In this document: one piece after another, positions 13,301-26,859 of the stretch
Numbering within the stretch: the stretch's first letter is position 1
Layout: each line of letters starts with the position of its first letter
NCBI GenBank assembly: GCA_951406725.2
Contig: OX597822.1
Coordinates: forward strand, 28,830,001-28,894,000
DNA: 64,000 nt
Source: Octopus vulgaris
Taxonomy: Eukaryota
Direction of reading: 5' to 3'
Notes under the pieces: generated by a model
Database searches by the model: none
Seen by the model: only the letters and a program-made list of their open reading frames with translations
What the model was told of the DNA's origin: nothing
Program-made: the position numbers and the translations under genes

Positions 13301-13830
13301 TTGGGTTGTCCGGAAAGTTCGTACCGAATTATAGTAGCTTACCTTTCGACTCATTTTACAACATGGTTGAGTCCATAAAATAGGATTTAACTACACCTCC
13401 ATTTAGAGCACAGTTTAAGCTGTTTTCGTGGAAGAAGGTTTATGTTCCTATAACCTGTGTTAATTCTGTAACCCTTTAAAATGGAAGATAAGAAAGTTCA
13501 TTTTCAGCACTTGATGCTTTGGGAACCAGACAAAAATTGCTGCAGCTCGACTGGGATATGTTACCCCACCCTCCATATTCACCAGATATTGCTCCATCGG
13601 ATTTCCACTTATTCAGGTCTCTGCAGAATAGTCTTAATGGTAAAAATTACAATTCCTTGGATGACGTAAAAAGATACCTTGATGAATTCTTTGCCATGAA
13701 GCCACCTCAATTCTGGGAAGAGGGTATAAGTTAAATGAAAGATGGAGACGCATTGTGCAACAAAATTGTTCATATTTGGTTAATTAAAAATGTAATGGCA
13801 AATATTTATAGAACTTACCGGACAACCCAA
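13301..13830 (+). mobile_element. 530-bp non-autonomous mariner deletion derivative
   Basis: TIRs TTGGGTTGTCCGGAAAGTTC / GAACTTACCGGACAACCCAA with TA duplication. N-terminus MEDKKVHFQHLMLW is fused to C-terminal HPPYSPDIAPSDFHLFRSLQN. Confidence 0.9.
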
Positions 13831-14211
13831 TATAATTAATGGCAGGCTCTCATTTATTTAAATGAAGCATAGAAGAAATAAGTAATATTCACTTGCACAA
13901 CTTCGATGACTAAAACAGCAGGCCTAGGAAAGGGCGACAACTGATGCATATATCAACGTTTTCTTTTTTTGGTGGAGATTTTTTTTTTCGTGCAAGTATT
14001 CTAGGCAAAAATTTGCGCTGTTAACTCTCTGGGGATAAGGGTTTCGTCAAGCAAGACCAACTTATACATCAAGGTGGGAAATGAAAACTCATCAGTGAGT
14101 AGTGAAAAGAAAGAATTATGAACTACTGTTTTATGTGTAGAAACCACGGTCTCTCTCTCTCGTTCTCTTTCCTTCTCTCTCTTTCTCTCCCTTTCTCTCT
14201 CTTTATTTCCA

Positions 14212-14260
<49 letters not shown>

Positions 14261-14508
14261 ACAGCAAGTTGTGGGGAGCCCTTCATTTCTAACTTGCCAC
14301 AAAAGTTTACCTTTGACGAAACAGATATCATTCGGGAGAAATAAGCGTAGTTCTTTAATTGGATAAGCAGTATGCTAAGAGAGCAAATTTTGAACGATTA
14401 AGAGAGATTAACAAGAGAATTGTGAAAGAGTGTGCGTGTGTGTGTGTGTGTGTGGTGTGTGTGTGTGTGTCTGTGTCTGTGTCTGTGTCTCTGTGTGTGT
14501 GTCTGTGT

Positions 14509-14559
<51 letters not shown>

Positions 14560-15039
14560 TGAGTGTACGTATATATATATATATATATATATCTCTTATT
14601 ATAAAAGGCAGATTTTATCTGCCTCCCTTTGGGAGTTATACAAATCTACAATATAGGATTTCTTCAATTACAATTTACCTAGCAGTTTTAAGAGTACAAT
14701 GCATCGCGTCATGCCAGGTCCAGTTTTTAAAATTTAAACTCCAGTTAAGCAAAATTTACAGAAAACTCACATTCTGGTGTGTGTGTCAAATGCTTTTCTT
14801 AGTCTGGTTTACAGCACACACAAACGCACACACACAGTGGGCAACGAATAAAACGAAAGTAATTCACTTACTGTAGTGAGTGATTCTTTCACTCTGCCTC
14901 CCACTTCCTCTTTCAACACATTGACAAGCAAATATATAAATAAAATTGTAAGCTAACGTGCGTGTGTGTGAGTGTGTGTGTGTGTGTGTGTGCGTGTGTG
15001 TGTGTGTGTGTGAGGGTGAACATAAGACCAAAGCAGAGA

Positions 15040-15270
15040 ATGTATTCTTTTATTCTTCTGCTTTTTCCAGCCATTGGTCTGTGGCCATGCTGGGGCAATG
15101 CCTTGAAGAATTGTAGTTTAATGAATCAACTCCAGTTTTATTTTTGTAAGCATTGTGCTTATTCTATCTGTTTCCTTTGTCAAACCACTAGGTGACAGGG
15201 GTGTAAACAAACCAACATTCGTTGTCAAGCAGTGGTGGAGGACAATCACAAGCACAGACACGCACACACA
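15040..15270 (-). mobile_element. 3' part of a second SINE family (duplicated at about 17215-17440)
   Basis: Reverse complement matches the SINE-like tails at about 41690-41850 and 50100-50320. Confidence 0.6.
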
Positions 15271-15295
15271 CACATACATGCATACACATATACAC

Positions 15296-15326
<31 letters not shown>

Positions 15327-15344
15327 TATGTGTGTATATATATA

Positions 15345-15603
15345 TTGCAGCGTGGAAGGTGTTTGTAAGCCATTTAAGAAACACACAAAAACCGTTACAT
15401 TCACTTCAACATTTAAATTTAATTTGCCAAAATATTTTCGTCGCTTTCAGACCGCGACCTGTTCACTGACAAAAATATCGTGCTAACAGGTCGCGGTCTC
15501 AAAGTGACGAAAATATTTTGACAAATTAAATTTAAATGTTGAAGTGAATCTAACGCTTTTTGTGTGTTTCTTAAATGGCTTATAAACACCTTCAACGCTG
15601 CAA
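15345..15603. repeat. Long palindrome, arms about 115-120 bp (second copy 17532-17790)
   Basis: TTGCAGCGTGGAAGGTGTTT...CGCGACCTGTT / AACAGGTCGCG...AAACACCTTCAACGCTGCAA. Confidence 0.9.
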
Positions 15604-15766
15604 CTGTTTTCGTTCCAGCACACGATCTCAGATCAAGTCACTTGCTATGCAAGTACATCTCTGTAACTATATATATATTATATATATATATATATATGTA
15701 TATTGGTAAAAACAGTAAGATAACAAAAGAAAGAAAGAGACCTCAATATTAAGTAAATAGAGGAAA

Positions 15767-16161
15767 TCTTTATATATAAAAGTGAGGTTGTGTGTCTGTC
15801 TCCTACGATTTAGATTCCTAACTACTCCCACATTTTGCGGTGCAGTTTAACTAAAAGCGGGTATCTTATAGTCGTGATTCATATCGAGACCGTCTGGGTA
15901 TTAGCGCGCGTCTACGATGAGTCTACGATTTAAAAAAAAATTTACCATCAATTTTTCCCATTTTTAATCCATTTTTGACATATATAAGGGAAGTAACTCT
16001 CTAAAATTTATTATTAAATCTCAGAACGTAAAAAGCTACAGTAACACCCCTCCCCCTTTGTGGTTAGCCATATTGAGATGGCTATTATACTTTACATCTC
16101 TAAAAATGCTTATATAATTATTTCCCTTACAAACCCGAGCAACGCCGGGCGATACTGCTAG
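15767..16161 (+). mobile_element. Internal short Helitron (about 395 bp) supplying the 3' end of the composite (second copy about 17957-18351)
   Basis: A|TCTTTATATATAAAAG 5' end; CCCG-N8-CGGG hairpin followed by CTAG at the 3' end. Confidence 0.75.
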
Positions 16162-16669
16162 TCTTATTATAAAAGGCAGATTTTATCTGCCTCCCTTTGG
16201 GAGTTATACAAATCTACAATATAGGATTTCTTCAATTACAATTTACCTAGCATTTTTAGAGTACAATGCATCGCGTCATGCCAGGTCCAGTTTTTAAAAT
16301 TTAAACTCCAATTAAGCAAAATTTACAGAAAACTCACATTCTGGTGTGTGTGTCAAATGCTTTTCTTAGTCTGGTTTACACCACACGCAAACGCACACAC
16401 ACAGTGGGCAACGAATAAAATGAAAGTAATTGACTTACTGTAGTGAGTGATTCTTTCACTCTGCCTCCCACTTCCTCTTTCAACACATAGACACGCAAAT
16501 ATATAAATAAAATTGTAAGCTAACGTGCGTGTGTGTGAGTGGGTGTGTGTGGGTGTGCGCGTGTGTGTGTGTGAGGGTGCGTGTGTGTGTGTGTGTGTGT
16601 GCGTGTGCGTGAGTGTGTGACAGGAAAGTTTTTTACGACGAATATATAACACCTATATCCAAGTAGCAG

Positions 16670-17150
16670 AAAGATAAGACAGTAAGGTGTGATTTGAGGG
16701 AGATTTGGCTGCTATTTCTACCATGTCTAGCTGCCATGTAGGGGTCTCCCTCATAGGCTCATACATACATATATACATAGATAAGACAGTAAGGTGTGAT
16801 TTGGGGGAAATTTGGCTGCTATTTCTACCAGGTCTAGCTGCCATGTAGGGGTCTCCCTCATAGGCTCATACATACATATATACATAGATAAGACAGTAAG
16901 GTGTGATTTGGGGGAAATTTGGCTGCTATTTCTACCAGGTCTAGCTGCCATGTAGGGGTCTCCCTCATAGGCTCATACATACATATATACATAGATAAGA
17001 CAGTAAGGTGTGATTTGGGGGAAATTTGGCTGCTATTTCTACCAGGTCTAGCTACCATGTAGAGGTCCCCCTCATTGGCTCATATATATATACATACATA
17101 AGACAGTAAGGTGTGATTTGAGGGAGATTTGGCTGCTGTTTCTACCAGGT
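16670..17150. repeat. 107-bp minisatellite, about 4.5 copies
   Basis: Unit GATAAGACAGTAAGGTGTGATTTGGGGGAAATTTGGCTGCTATTTCTACCAGGTCTAGC... recurs every 107 nt (ORF offsets 16751 and 16858). A similar sequence occurs singly at about 33340-33385. Confidence 0.92.
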
Positions 17151-17470
17151 CTGTTAGGCCTTCTCATGTAAACTCAAGCTTTCTCATGCCTTGAACATAA
17201 GACCAAAGCAGAGAATGTATTCTTTTATTCTTCTGCTTTTTCCAGCCATTGGTCTGTGACCATGCTGGGGCAATGCCTTGAAGAATTGTAGTTTAATGAA
17301 TCAACTCCAGTTTTATTTTTGTAAGCATTGTACTTATTCTATCTGTTTCCTTTGTCAAACCACTAGGTGACAGGGATGTAAACAAACCAACATTCGTTGT
17401 CAAGCAGTGGTGGAGGACAATCACAAGCACAGACACGCACACACACACATACATGCATACACATATACAC

Positions 17471-17516
<46 letters not shown>

Positions 17517-18356
17517 GTGTGTATATATATATTGCAGCCTGGAAGGTGTTTCTAAGCCATTTAAGAAACACACAAAAACCGTTACATTCACTTCAACATT
17601 TAAATTTAATTTGCCAAAATATTTTCGTCGCTTTGAGACCGCGACCTGTTCACTGACAAAAATATCGTGCTAACAGGTCGCGGTCTCAAAGCGACGAAAA
17701 TATTTTGACAAATTAAATTTAAATGTTGAAGTGAATCTAACGGTTTTTTTGTGTTTCTTAAATGGCTTATAAACACCTTCAACGCTGCAACTGTTTTCGT
17801 TCCAGCACACGATCTCAGATCAAGTCACTTGCTATGCAAGTACATCTCTGTAACTATATATATATTTATATATATATATATATATATGTATATTGGTAAA
17901 AACAGTAAGATAACAAAAGAAAGAAAGAGACCTCAATATTATGTAAATAGAGGAAATCTTTATATATAAAAGTGAGGTTGTGTGTCTGTCTCCTACGATT
18001 TAGATTCCTAACTACTCCCACATTTTGCGGTGCAGTTTAACCAAAACCGGGTATCTTATAGTCGTGATTCATATCGAGACCGTCTGGGTATTAGCGCGCG
18101 TCTACGATGAGTCTACGATTAAAAAAAAAATTTACCATCAATTTTTCCCATTTTTAATCCATTTTTGACATATATAAGGGAAGTAACTCTCTAAAATTTA
18201 TTATTAAATCTCAGAACGTAAAAAGCTACATTAACACCCCTCCCCCTTTGTGGTTAGCCATATTGAGATGGCTATTATACTTTACATCTCTAAAAATGCT
18301 TATATAATTATTTCCCTTACAAATCCGAGCAACGCCGGGCGATACTGCTAGTATAT

Positions 18357-18384
<28 letters not shown>

Positions 18385-18388
<4 letters not shown>

Positions 18389-18720
18389 GGCCTAATGGTT
18401 AAGGAGTTTACTTCAGAAATGATGAAGTCCCATTTTGCATACCACAAAGAAGGTTATTGCACAAATATAATTTACTATAGCCTCGGGTCAGCCTACCCAG
18501 TGAGGAAAACTGGGTAGAGGGAATTTGTATGGAGACCCGTCGGATGAATAGAACCTGCTACTTAAAGATCTAATTTTATCATACCGAGCCGCTTGGATTC
18601 CACCGAAGGATTACATAAAGAGTACGTGTCTCTGTGGAATATTCAGTCACTTACATGCTAATTCAATAAATTGTCATCGAGCAACCAAACACTAATGATC
18701 GGCAATTCTGATCGAGATCC
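18385..18720 (+). mobile_element. Old tRNA-derived SINE
   Basis: TGGCCTAATGGTTAAGG A-box head between (TA)n tracts; body degenerate. Confidence 0.5.
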
Positions 18721-18810
18721 ATATATACATACATATACACACATACACATATGCACACACACACATATACATATATATATGTGTGTGTGTATGTGGGTTT
18801 TATGTATGTA

Positions 18811-18879
<69 letters not shown>

Positions 18880-18932
18880 GTTTATATATTTGTTGTGCAA
18901 GATGTTTTATGTGAAGTCGTGTGTTGAAACAG

Positions 18933-19188
18933 ATATTGTTATATTTCAGAATGGTCTTTTGCCAGTTTAGCCAATAAAAACACACGCACTATATATTTGG
19001 TGTTATTTTGCTTCAGTGTTATTTATTTTTTACATTAATCTTAATCTTATTCTTATTTCGGCCATAAGATTAAGATTAAGATTAATGTAAAAAATAAATA
19101 ACACTGAAGCAAAATAACACCAAATATATAGTGCGTGTGTTTTTATTGGCTAAACTGGCAAAATGACCATTCCGAAATATAACAATAT
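18933..19188. repeat. Long palindrome, arms about 115 bp
   Basis: ATATTGTTATATTTCAGAATGGTC...TTAATCTTAATCTTA / TAAGATTAAGATTAA...GACCATTCCGAAATATAACAATAT. A related single arm occurs at about 320-363. Confidence 0.9.
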
Positions 19189-19215
19189 ATATATGTGTGT
19201 ATATATATGTGTGTA

Positions 19216-19250
<35 letters not shown>

Positions 19251-19253
19251 GTA

Positions 19254-19326
<73 letters not shown>

Positions 19327-19824
19327 ATACAAAATGGGACAAAACATCCAGATAGACGATACAAAGAAAACAAGGACGGGTCATTCGAAGTTTTCTTTCC
19401 TCAGTCGAGTACCAGATTATCTTCGCAATTTCGGTTGATTATACTCGAGATTTGCTCCAATCTGGCTAGCCCCAGGGAAAAAAATAAGCAAAGAGCATTA
19501 GATTTCTTGGAAGAAAGCAGCGAAATCATTCAAAAATAAGGACGGGAAAAAACGGACAATATTACACGAATACAATAAAAATAATAACAGGACATAACAA
19601 CAGGTGTCTTTCGACTAAGGACGAATTAAGTTAAGCTGGAGTGTGTAGAAATGAAGCCTTACGGCAGGGATACAAGATTTCACAGGCACATGGAGCAACA
19701 TCGATGTTGCACGGACAACGGCCAGACTAAGACAGAAAGATCGTATAAATATATATATATATATTTACATGGATACACATATACATTATCTACATATATA
19801 CGTACACACATACATATGTGTTTG

Positions 19825-19894
<70 letters not shown>

Positions 19895-20544
19895 AGCAAA
19901 TGCACCTGTCGTTTGGATGGTGTAATTTATTATAATGGTGTACTCTTGTGGACAATTTAAATTGAATTAGCCAACATTTAGAAGTCGTTTCAAGTTGATA
20001 AACGTCAAATGTATAATTGCCATTTTCGTTAGCAGTTTATAATATGGTATTATGAAACTTAGGGAATGAATGAATTTTTCAGAATACAAATTTCGTAGTT
20101 AGTAATAAATGAAAGTCCATGAAATGAGGTCGCAATTGCTGTAGGAATTAGGGATCCTATATCTTACTTGAAGCGTTTTGTATCATGTATTTATTTTTCT
20201 CGTATTGCCTGACACAACCGCATTGAAGATTTTTTTCAATGCAAGTCATGTAAGATAAAGAAAAGCAAACATTTATAGGAAACAGGCAAATAGAATAATG
20301 GCATGTACAAAAATAAATGTCAGAGCATGCTTATGAGCGAAGGGGTCATTGGAGGTAATGTACTGTTAACAGCACTCAGAGAAATGAAGCAAAATAGCAA
20401 TGAAATTCTTGCAGGAAGTCCGATTGCTAACGGCTATAGTTTGGCGTAGATGTGAAGAATGCTGTAGAAGAATAACTACTGTAAGGCTGCTTTGTAGACG
20501 ACATTTTTTTTTTTTTTTGCTTTTCCTTCAAGAGTATAGATGAA

Positions 20545-21095
20545 TAAGTTGTCTGGAACAACCGACGTAGAATTGTCCATGTGAAAAGGACGATGTCCAA
20601 AGGTCCAGTCCGACAACTTTCATCGACTGACCTTGTGCTTTGTTAGTTGTCATGGCGAAGCTGAGTTTCAGAGGGAACTGAAGTCTCGGCATAAGATAGG
20701 GTCAGTCTGTTGGTGTTAGCGGAATTTTCGGAATGAAAATGGTATCATTTTTTGCTGTGTCCCGTGATAATTTGGGTTTCAATGACGTGGAACATCATTT
20801 GTACGACCACAAGACGAGTTCCATTAAATAGTGTGGGTGTGTTTAGATTGCGCAGGAGGATGACAGGGCAACCGACTTTTCAGTGAAGTTCACGGGGAGA
20901 AAGTTCTGGAGGATCTTGGGAGTTGAGAAATTCTATTGGAAAGTGTGTAACCTGATCGAGGTCGGTAACGTTGTCAAGTGATCTGTAACAACGTTCTTGA
21001 GAAGGTAGCTGACTGAGTAAGTCATAGTTAAGAGTGTTGACAGCTGCATTTGTAGGCGCAAGAGCAGCACTGTAGCGAAGCCAATCTGTTTTTAT
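20545..21095 (-). mobile_element. Helitron PIF1-family helicase C-terminal fragment (pseudogenised)
   Basis: Manual translation gives LAPTNAAVNTLN...FPIEFLNS...*KVGCPVILLRNLN...NGTRLVV...[19 protein letters not shown]...[10 protein letters not shown]. Confidence 0.85.
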
Positions 21096-21098
21096 GTA

Positions 21099-22230
21099 TT
21101 AGGTTGGCAACTAAGTTCCCGCCGTTTTTTTTTATTTAAATTTTTAAGAGGTTTAATAAAAAGTAGCAACTAATTAATCAATAATGTATTCACCCTTGTT
21201 GTTTACAACTTCTTCCCAACGTTCAACAAGATTTTCAATACCTCGTTGGTAGAAATATTGATCCAACTAAGCTCTCAATTCTGCATCAGTATTGAACGAA
21301 ACTCCGTGCATAGCATTTAAAGAGATGGAAAGAGGTGGAAATCCGTTGGTGCCAAATCAGGGGAGTACGGCGAGTGTGGCAGAACTTCCCAGCCATGCGT
21401 TTGAATGGCTTCTTTGGTCATATTGGCAATATGAAGGCGGGCATCGTCTTGCAGCAGAACTCCATGCTGCCGATTAAGTCTTTTCTCTTGAATAGCCGTG
21501 TTCCGTTCAAGCAATTCGTAATGGATAATCCCTTCCTAGTCCCACCATACGCACAACATCGTTTTACGCGGATGAAGATCTTGTTTCACGCGCGGTGTCG
21601 CTTGTTTACTGGAGCTAAGCCATTTCTTACGCTGCTTCATATTGATGTACAGGCACCATTTTTCGTCGCCAGTAACGATTCGGTAAAGAAATCGTAGCTT
21701 ATGTTCATGAGTTGAGCGGTGACGAGCAAGCAAACCAGCGGAGATTGTATCTCGTTGGTTTTTGTTGTTGTCACTTAAAGCTTACTGAACCTATGCTCCA
21801 TACTTCTGAACATTTCCCATCGAGTGAAGATGCTTCTCTATAGCAGTGTGGAGTAGTCCACTTTCTCTGCCAGTTCCCTTATCGTTTGACGAGAATTTTC
21901 GTGCAAAAGTTGGTTTAATCGCTCTTCATTGAACTCAACTGCACGGCCAGAACGAGGTGCGTCTTTGGGTCAAAATTTCCATTTTGAACTTGGCATACCA
22001 ATCACGAGCGGTTCTTTCAGCTATGGCACCCTCTCCATACACAGCACAAATGTCGCGAGCAGCTTTTGCGGCCTTAGAACCTTGATCGAAAGCAAAAAGG
22101 AGGTGTTGAAAATGCTCGTTTTCCTTAACTTTACATACCATTTTAATGATCTGAAAATAAACAAAAATTAACTAAAATTAACTAGAAAAAGAACAAAATG
22201 GATTCCAAAATGATACAAAAATAGAATTCT
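21099..22230 (-). mobile_element. Degenerate mariner element, one TIR retained
   Basis: TA|TTAGGTTGGCAACTAAGTTCCC terminus; ORFs contain ENEHFQHLL, VTGDEKW and HSPYSPDLAPTDFHLF. Confidence 0.88.
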
Positions 22231-22234
22231 CGAA

Positions 22235-22725
22235 ATTCTGTGCCTCCTAAAATTTACAAACATGGTGGACAGAAGCTTTTTAAGAAACTGCATGACCTTT
22301 TCATAAACATCTGGAAGGTAGGCCATGTACCACAGGATTCAAGAATGCCTCAATTCAGCACCTGTGTAAGAAAAAAGACAACAGAAGTGCCTGTGATAAT
22401 CATAGTAAAATATCGCTTCTGTCTATTGCTGATAAGATTTTTTGCTCGACTCATTCTTGACATGAACATCAAACACGTTGTAAATGACATCTACCCAGAA
22501 TCAAAGTGCGGATTTCGCTCTGGTCGTGGCACTATCGACATGATCTTTTCCCTCCAACAAGTCATGGAGAAGGCACGTGAGAAAAATTAAGAGTTGTTCT
22601 TGATAGTCATTGACCTTACTAAGACCTTCGACACTGTTAACCGGCAAACACTGTGGAAAGTTCTGAAAAAGCTTGGTATACCTGACAAGATGTTGAATGT
22701 TATCATCTCCTTTCATCCAAATGAA
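22235..22725 (+). mobile_element. RTE (BovB-like) LINE RT fragment
   Basis: PESKCGFRSGRGTIDMIFSLQQVMEKARE...IDLTKTFDTVNRQTLWKVLKKLGIP. Confidence 0.85.
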
Positions 22726-23594
22726 CTGAGATAACGTTGACTTTAGTGTTCTGTCCAGCAATCTGAAGAAAATTTTGTTTTGAACTCATAACCTGACTTG
22801 GCTAATTGTATGGTTTATATATTCACCCAACTAGTTTGCCCGTCCTAAATCATTTTGTCAAGAAACATGCTTAGAGTGAAACACAGGAAAAACAAATGGG
22901 ATATCTGTAACGTTTGGGTAGGGAAGGCTACTGTTTTTCGATCAACGTCAGCAATGAGAACTGTGTGGAATATACACTGGGGGAGAATCAAAGCTGATTA
23001 AAGCACGCAATACAAAAGGTAAATTAATCTTACTAAGTACCATTATTCAACACAGTTCGCTAATTCTTATATCTTTTCAGCTCACTTCCTCGAATAATCT
23101 TTATAGATAATCTTTTGAAATCTATCCCATGTTTTACTCGTGAAAGCTGCTATTAGTGTGGCCTCTGCTATTAATTGTTATCCTCTGTTGTGTTTGTTTG
23201 GTCTCTATATATTTAATAATGCATTGATTTTATCAACAGTGATTTATTTATGGTACATTATATTTTGTTTCATACATTGTGCACTATACACATGCATATA
23301 AACATACATACATATATAGAGTGGGGTAGCGATGCGGAAAAGCACAATTAGCCTTGACGTATACATATATACATATACATGTGTGTGTGCGCGCGCGCGT
23401 GTGTGTGTGTGTGTGTGTGTGTGTTTATGTACAGCTACACTCATATACCTACTGGTTTTCAGAGAAATAAGCACATACACATACACTCTCACATACATAC
23501 ATACATACATACATACATACATACAAACATACATACATACATACATACATACATCAGTTTACGAACAACTCTGATCGCGAATATATCGTGTTTT

Positions 23595-23791
<197 letters not shown>

Positions 23792-23869
23792 ATGAATATG
23801 AGAAAGACTGGAGATAAAGTACGATTTATTCGTAGGCAGAGTTGTTCGAAAACCAAGGTTCTACTGTAT

Positions 23870-24160
23870 ATATTTACATGGAGCATAAAAAATATAGAAT
23901 ACTACAAAGAGAATACATAATATACTTGACAGCTGTTTCAGGACCACCAGTGGTGCTCCTTTTCACCAAACTGGCCTCAAATTTACCTTCCCCGTTTTGA
24001 CTGTTTTCTGGTTGCATACCCAGTCTTTTAGCACATTTCATCTGAAAATTATGAATATTACGATTATTACACAAATCCAAATTTCCTGAAACAGCTGTCG
24101 GGTTAAGAAATTATGTATTCTCTTCTTAGTATCTTCTATTTTTTATTCCCTATAGAATAT
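23870..24160. repeat. Imperfect inverted repeat with GAAACAGCTGTC cores
   Basis: GACAGCTGTTTCAGGA (23928-23943) versus TCCTGAAACAGCTGTC (24084-24099); the outer flanks are also complementary. Confidence 0.7.
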
Positions 24161-24303
24161 ATTTGTATGTATGTATGCATAAATGTATGTGTGTGTGTGT
24201 ATGTGTGTGTGTATGTGTGTGTGTGCACACCTGTATGTGTGTATGTATATGTGTTTATCTCTCTGAATGCAGGTAGTTATATGTGCCTGTGTGAAGTTAC
24301 ATA

Positions 24304-24355
<52 letters not shown>

Positions 24356-24609
24356 ACAAACGAAAGAAAAGGCGCTCAAGACATTTACTAGGAGTTACAT
24401 GTAATAATATTCAAACCAGTTTGTTTCGGTTCTATGCAACTTAAAGTTTCGCGAGCTCCTAACAAGAACTTGTTTCGTTCATGCTTGGATTACCGAAAGA
24501 GACACAGGCAACCCAACATGGCTATTGGAAGGTGGGCTATTTAGTCAAGGTGTGTCACATGTTGTCAGAATAAGATCACCGATTCAGCGACAGCAGCTCC
24601 GTTAGAAAA

Positions 24610-25365
24610 GGGAGTGGGAATGGAAGACCCGGAAGATGATGAGTACGAGTACCTTAGGATCCTGGAGCTGGACAATATCTTGCACAGAGAAATGAAAGAC
24701 AAGGTCATCACTCCATATCTGGAGCGCCTCAAATTTCTCTTGAAACCAAAACTCAGCTCAAGGAACCTTGTGACTACCATCAAAATATGGACTGTTGCTG
24801 TAGTTCACTATAGTGCACCCAGCCTGAAATGTACACAAGTGGAGATTAACCAACTTGATTGCACTACCTGAAAGACGATGAAAATGCAGGATGCCCTCCG
24901 CACCAAAGTGAACGTGCACAGCCTCTATACCAAGAGGTGTAAAGGTGAACGTGGGCTGATTAGCGTACGGAAGTGTATCAACAGTGAAAGAAGAAACATG
25001 GCAGAATATTTGGTAAACAGCAAACAAGACCTGCTACAGTATGCTACTAATACAGAAGGATCTACCAAAAATGGACTTGAGAGTTCTCATGAATTCTGAT
25101 TACCAATAGCCAACGAGAGAGAAGCTCTACTCCGCATGGAATTACAAGGTTGGTTCCACCGAGAAACTAACAACTTAAAAGACCAGGAAGCATCATGGAG
25201 GTGACTCAGCAAGGGTGACCTTATAAAGAAGACTGAAAACCTAATCATCGCTGCCCAGGATCAGGCATTGAATACCAACTCAGTGAAAAGTGAGATATAC
25301 CACACAAGTACAACGAACCTCTGCAGTATGTGTGCGAAGAAGGCTGAAAGCGTTAGTCACATTTT
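24610..25365 (+). mobile_element. R4/Dong-clade non-LTR fragment (RT C-terminus to zinc knuckle)
   Basis: YEYLRILE...LSSRNLVTTIKIWTV...GERGLISV...IIAAQDQALNT...CSMC...ESVSHI. Confidence 0.8.
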
Positions 25366-26520
25366 AGTGCTTGTAAAAGTCTTCCCTCTTTCTAGCCTCC
25401 ACTTTTCGCAATTTCCAATGTAGCACTTTCGCTACCTGATCGTGGTTTTGAGCAGGTCTAAGGCATTCGTTTGTGATATGGACAGCAGTTTCACCCACTC
25501 TGTTGCAGATGCAGCACAGCGGACACACTGGCTCATTCCGAAAGCTGACCATTCAGTTCCTGGCCAGAGCAGTATAGTGCTCTCGGTCTCTTATTTTAGG
25601 GTTCCTACTATTATTATTATTTAGTCTTTTTATCCCAGGTTTTGTTGGAGTTCCTGGAGTCTTGCCTGAGTAGCAGGCTGGCTGCCTGCAGCCTACAGTA
25701 CCATGCTATCAGTTCTTTTCAACTATCTAATACTTTCCCGATTATTCTGGTCGTGCCAAAGATGCAAACCTTTTGTAACCGCTCTACTGGGTACTCGCTT
25801 CTCTTTTATATTCCTCTTGATGCCTTCTGATACCGTCCCCCAAAGACCTAACAATAATTGACACTTCTTCACCTACTTCGTTTTCCATAACCGAGCTATT
25901 CCACAGCGGACACACTGGCTCATTCCGAAAGCTGACCATTCAGTTCCTGGCCAGAGCAGTATAGTGCTCTCGGTCTCTTATTTTAGGGTTCCTACTATTA
26001 TTATTATTTAGTCTTTTTATCCCAGGTTTTGTTGGAGTTCCTGGAGTCTTGCCTGAGTAGCAGGCTGGCTGCCTGCAGCCTACAGTACCATGCTATCAGT
26101 TCTTTTCAACTATCTAATACTTTCCCGATTATTCTGGTCGTGCCAAAGATGCAAACCTTTTGTAACCGCTCTACTGGGTACTCGCTTCTCTTTTATATTC
26201 CTCTTGATGCCTTCTGATACCGTCCCCCAAAGACCCAACAATAATTGACACTTCTTCACCTTCTTCGTTTTCCATAACCGAGCTATTCCGTACTTAAGAG
26301 GAATGTATATCTTTTTTTTGTTTGCCTTCCATCTTGACTATTCATGGGTCAAAGAGGTATGCAACATCAATTATATAGCACATGTGATGCACCTTGCCAC
26401 CCAATGTTTTTTCCACAGTTCTATTGTCCTGCATACATCAATTTCGTATATAAGTTTTACAGGTAAACAATGTACTTTTCTGGAAAATGGGAAAAATTGT
26501 GAAAACTGAGTGGTGAAAAT
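25365..26520 (-). mobile_element. R4/Dong-like fragments containing a 387-bp near-perfect tandem duplication (25515-25901, 25902-26288)
   Basis: CPLCCICNRVGETAVHITNEC...HDQVAKVLHW; identical ORFs at 25642 and 26029, offset 387. Confidence 0.75.
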
Positions 26521-26859
26521 CTAGACGTGACGGTAAAAATTAGATTCCATTTTTGGATAGGACATATGAAAAAACAAATCAATTAAAAACGGCCTGACTA
26601 CAAAATACCTATTGGATTGTGTAATAGAAGAGCCCATGGTGCTGTGCAGCGGGATTGAATCCGAAACCACTTGGTGGCGAAACGATATACATAGGATGGA
26701 GAAGTGGAAGAACCCATGCAGAGCCATGCTAGATGTTTGTAATACTCTGTTGCGTTCCTTTATGTTTGTATTTAAATCAGTATTGAATACTTGTGCAGAA
26801 CGAAATAGAGTACCAAGGTTTGTTCCATTGATGATAATTTCTCTCTATAATAATCTCTT

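Larger units (their letters stand above)
14592..18351 (+). mobile_element. Head-to-tail dimer of a composite non-autonomous Helitron (units about 14594-16161 and 16162-18351)
   Basis: Each unit starts TCTTATTATAAAAGGCAG and ends CCGAGCAACGCCGGGCGATACTGCTAG. The junction is CTAG|TC at 16161/16162, and the dimer sits at an A|T site in (TA)n. Confidence 0.8.

Noticed and set aside
16670-17150. Regularly spaced repeats resembling a CRISPR array
   Set aside because: Whole 107-bp units repeat with no unique spacers, there are no cas genes, and the context is eukaryotic.
20545-21095. Cellular PIF1 gene
   Set aside because: Intronless fragment with stops and frameshifts, truncated by a mariner; motifs are Helitron-type.
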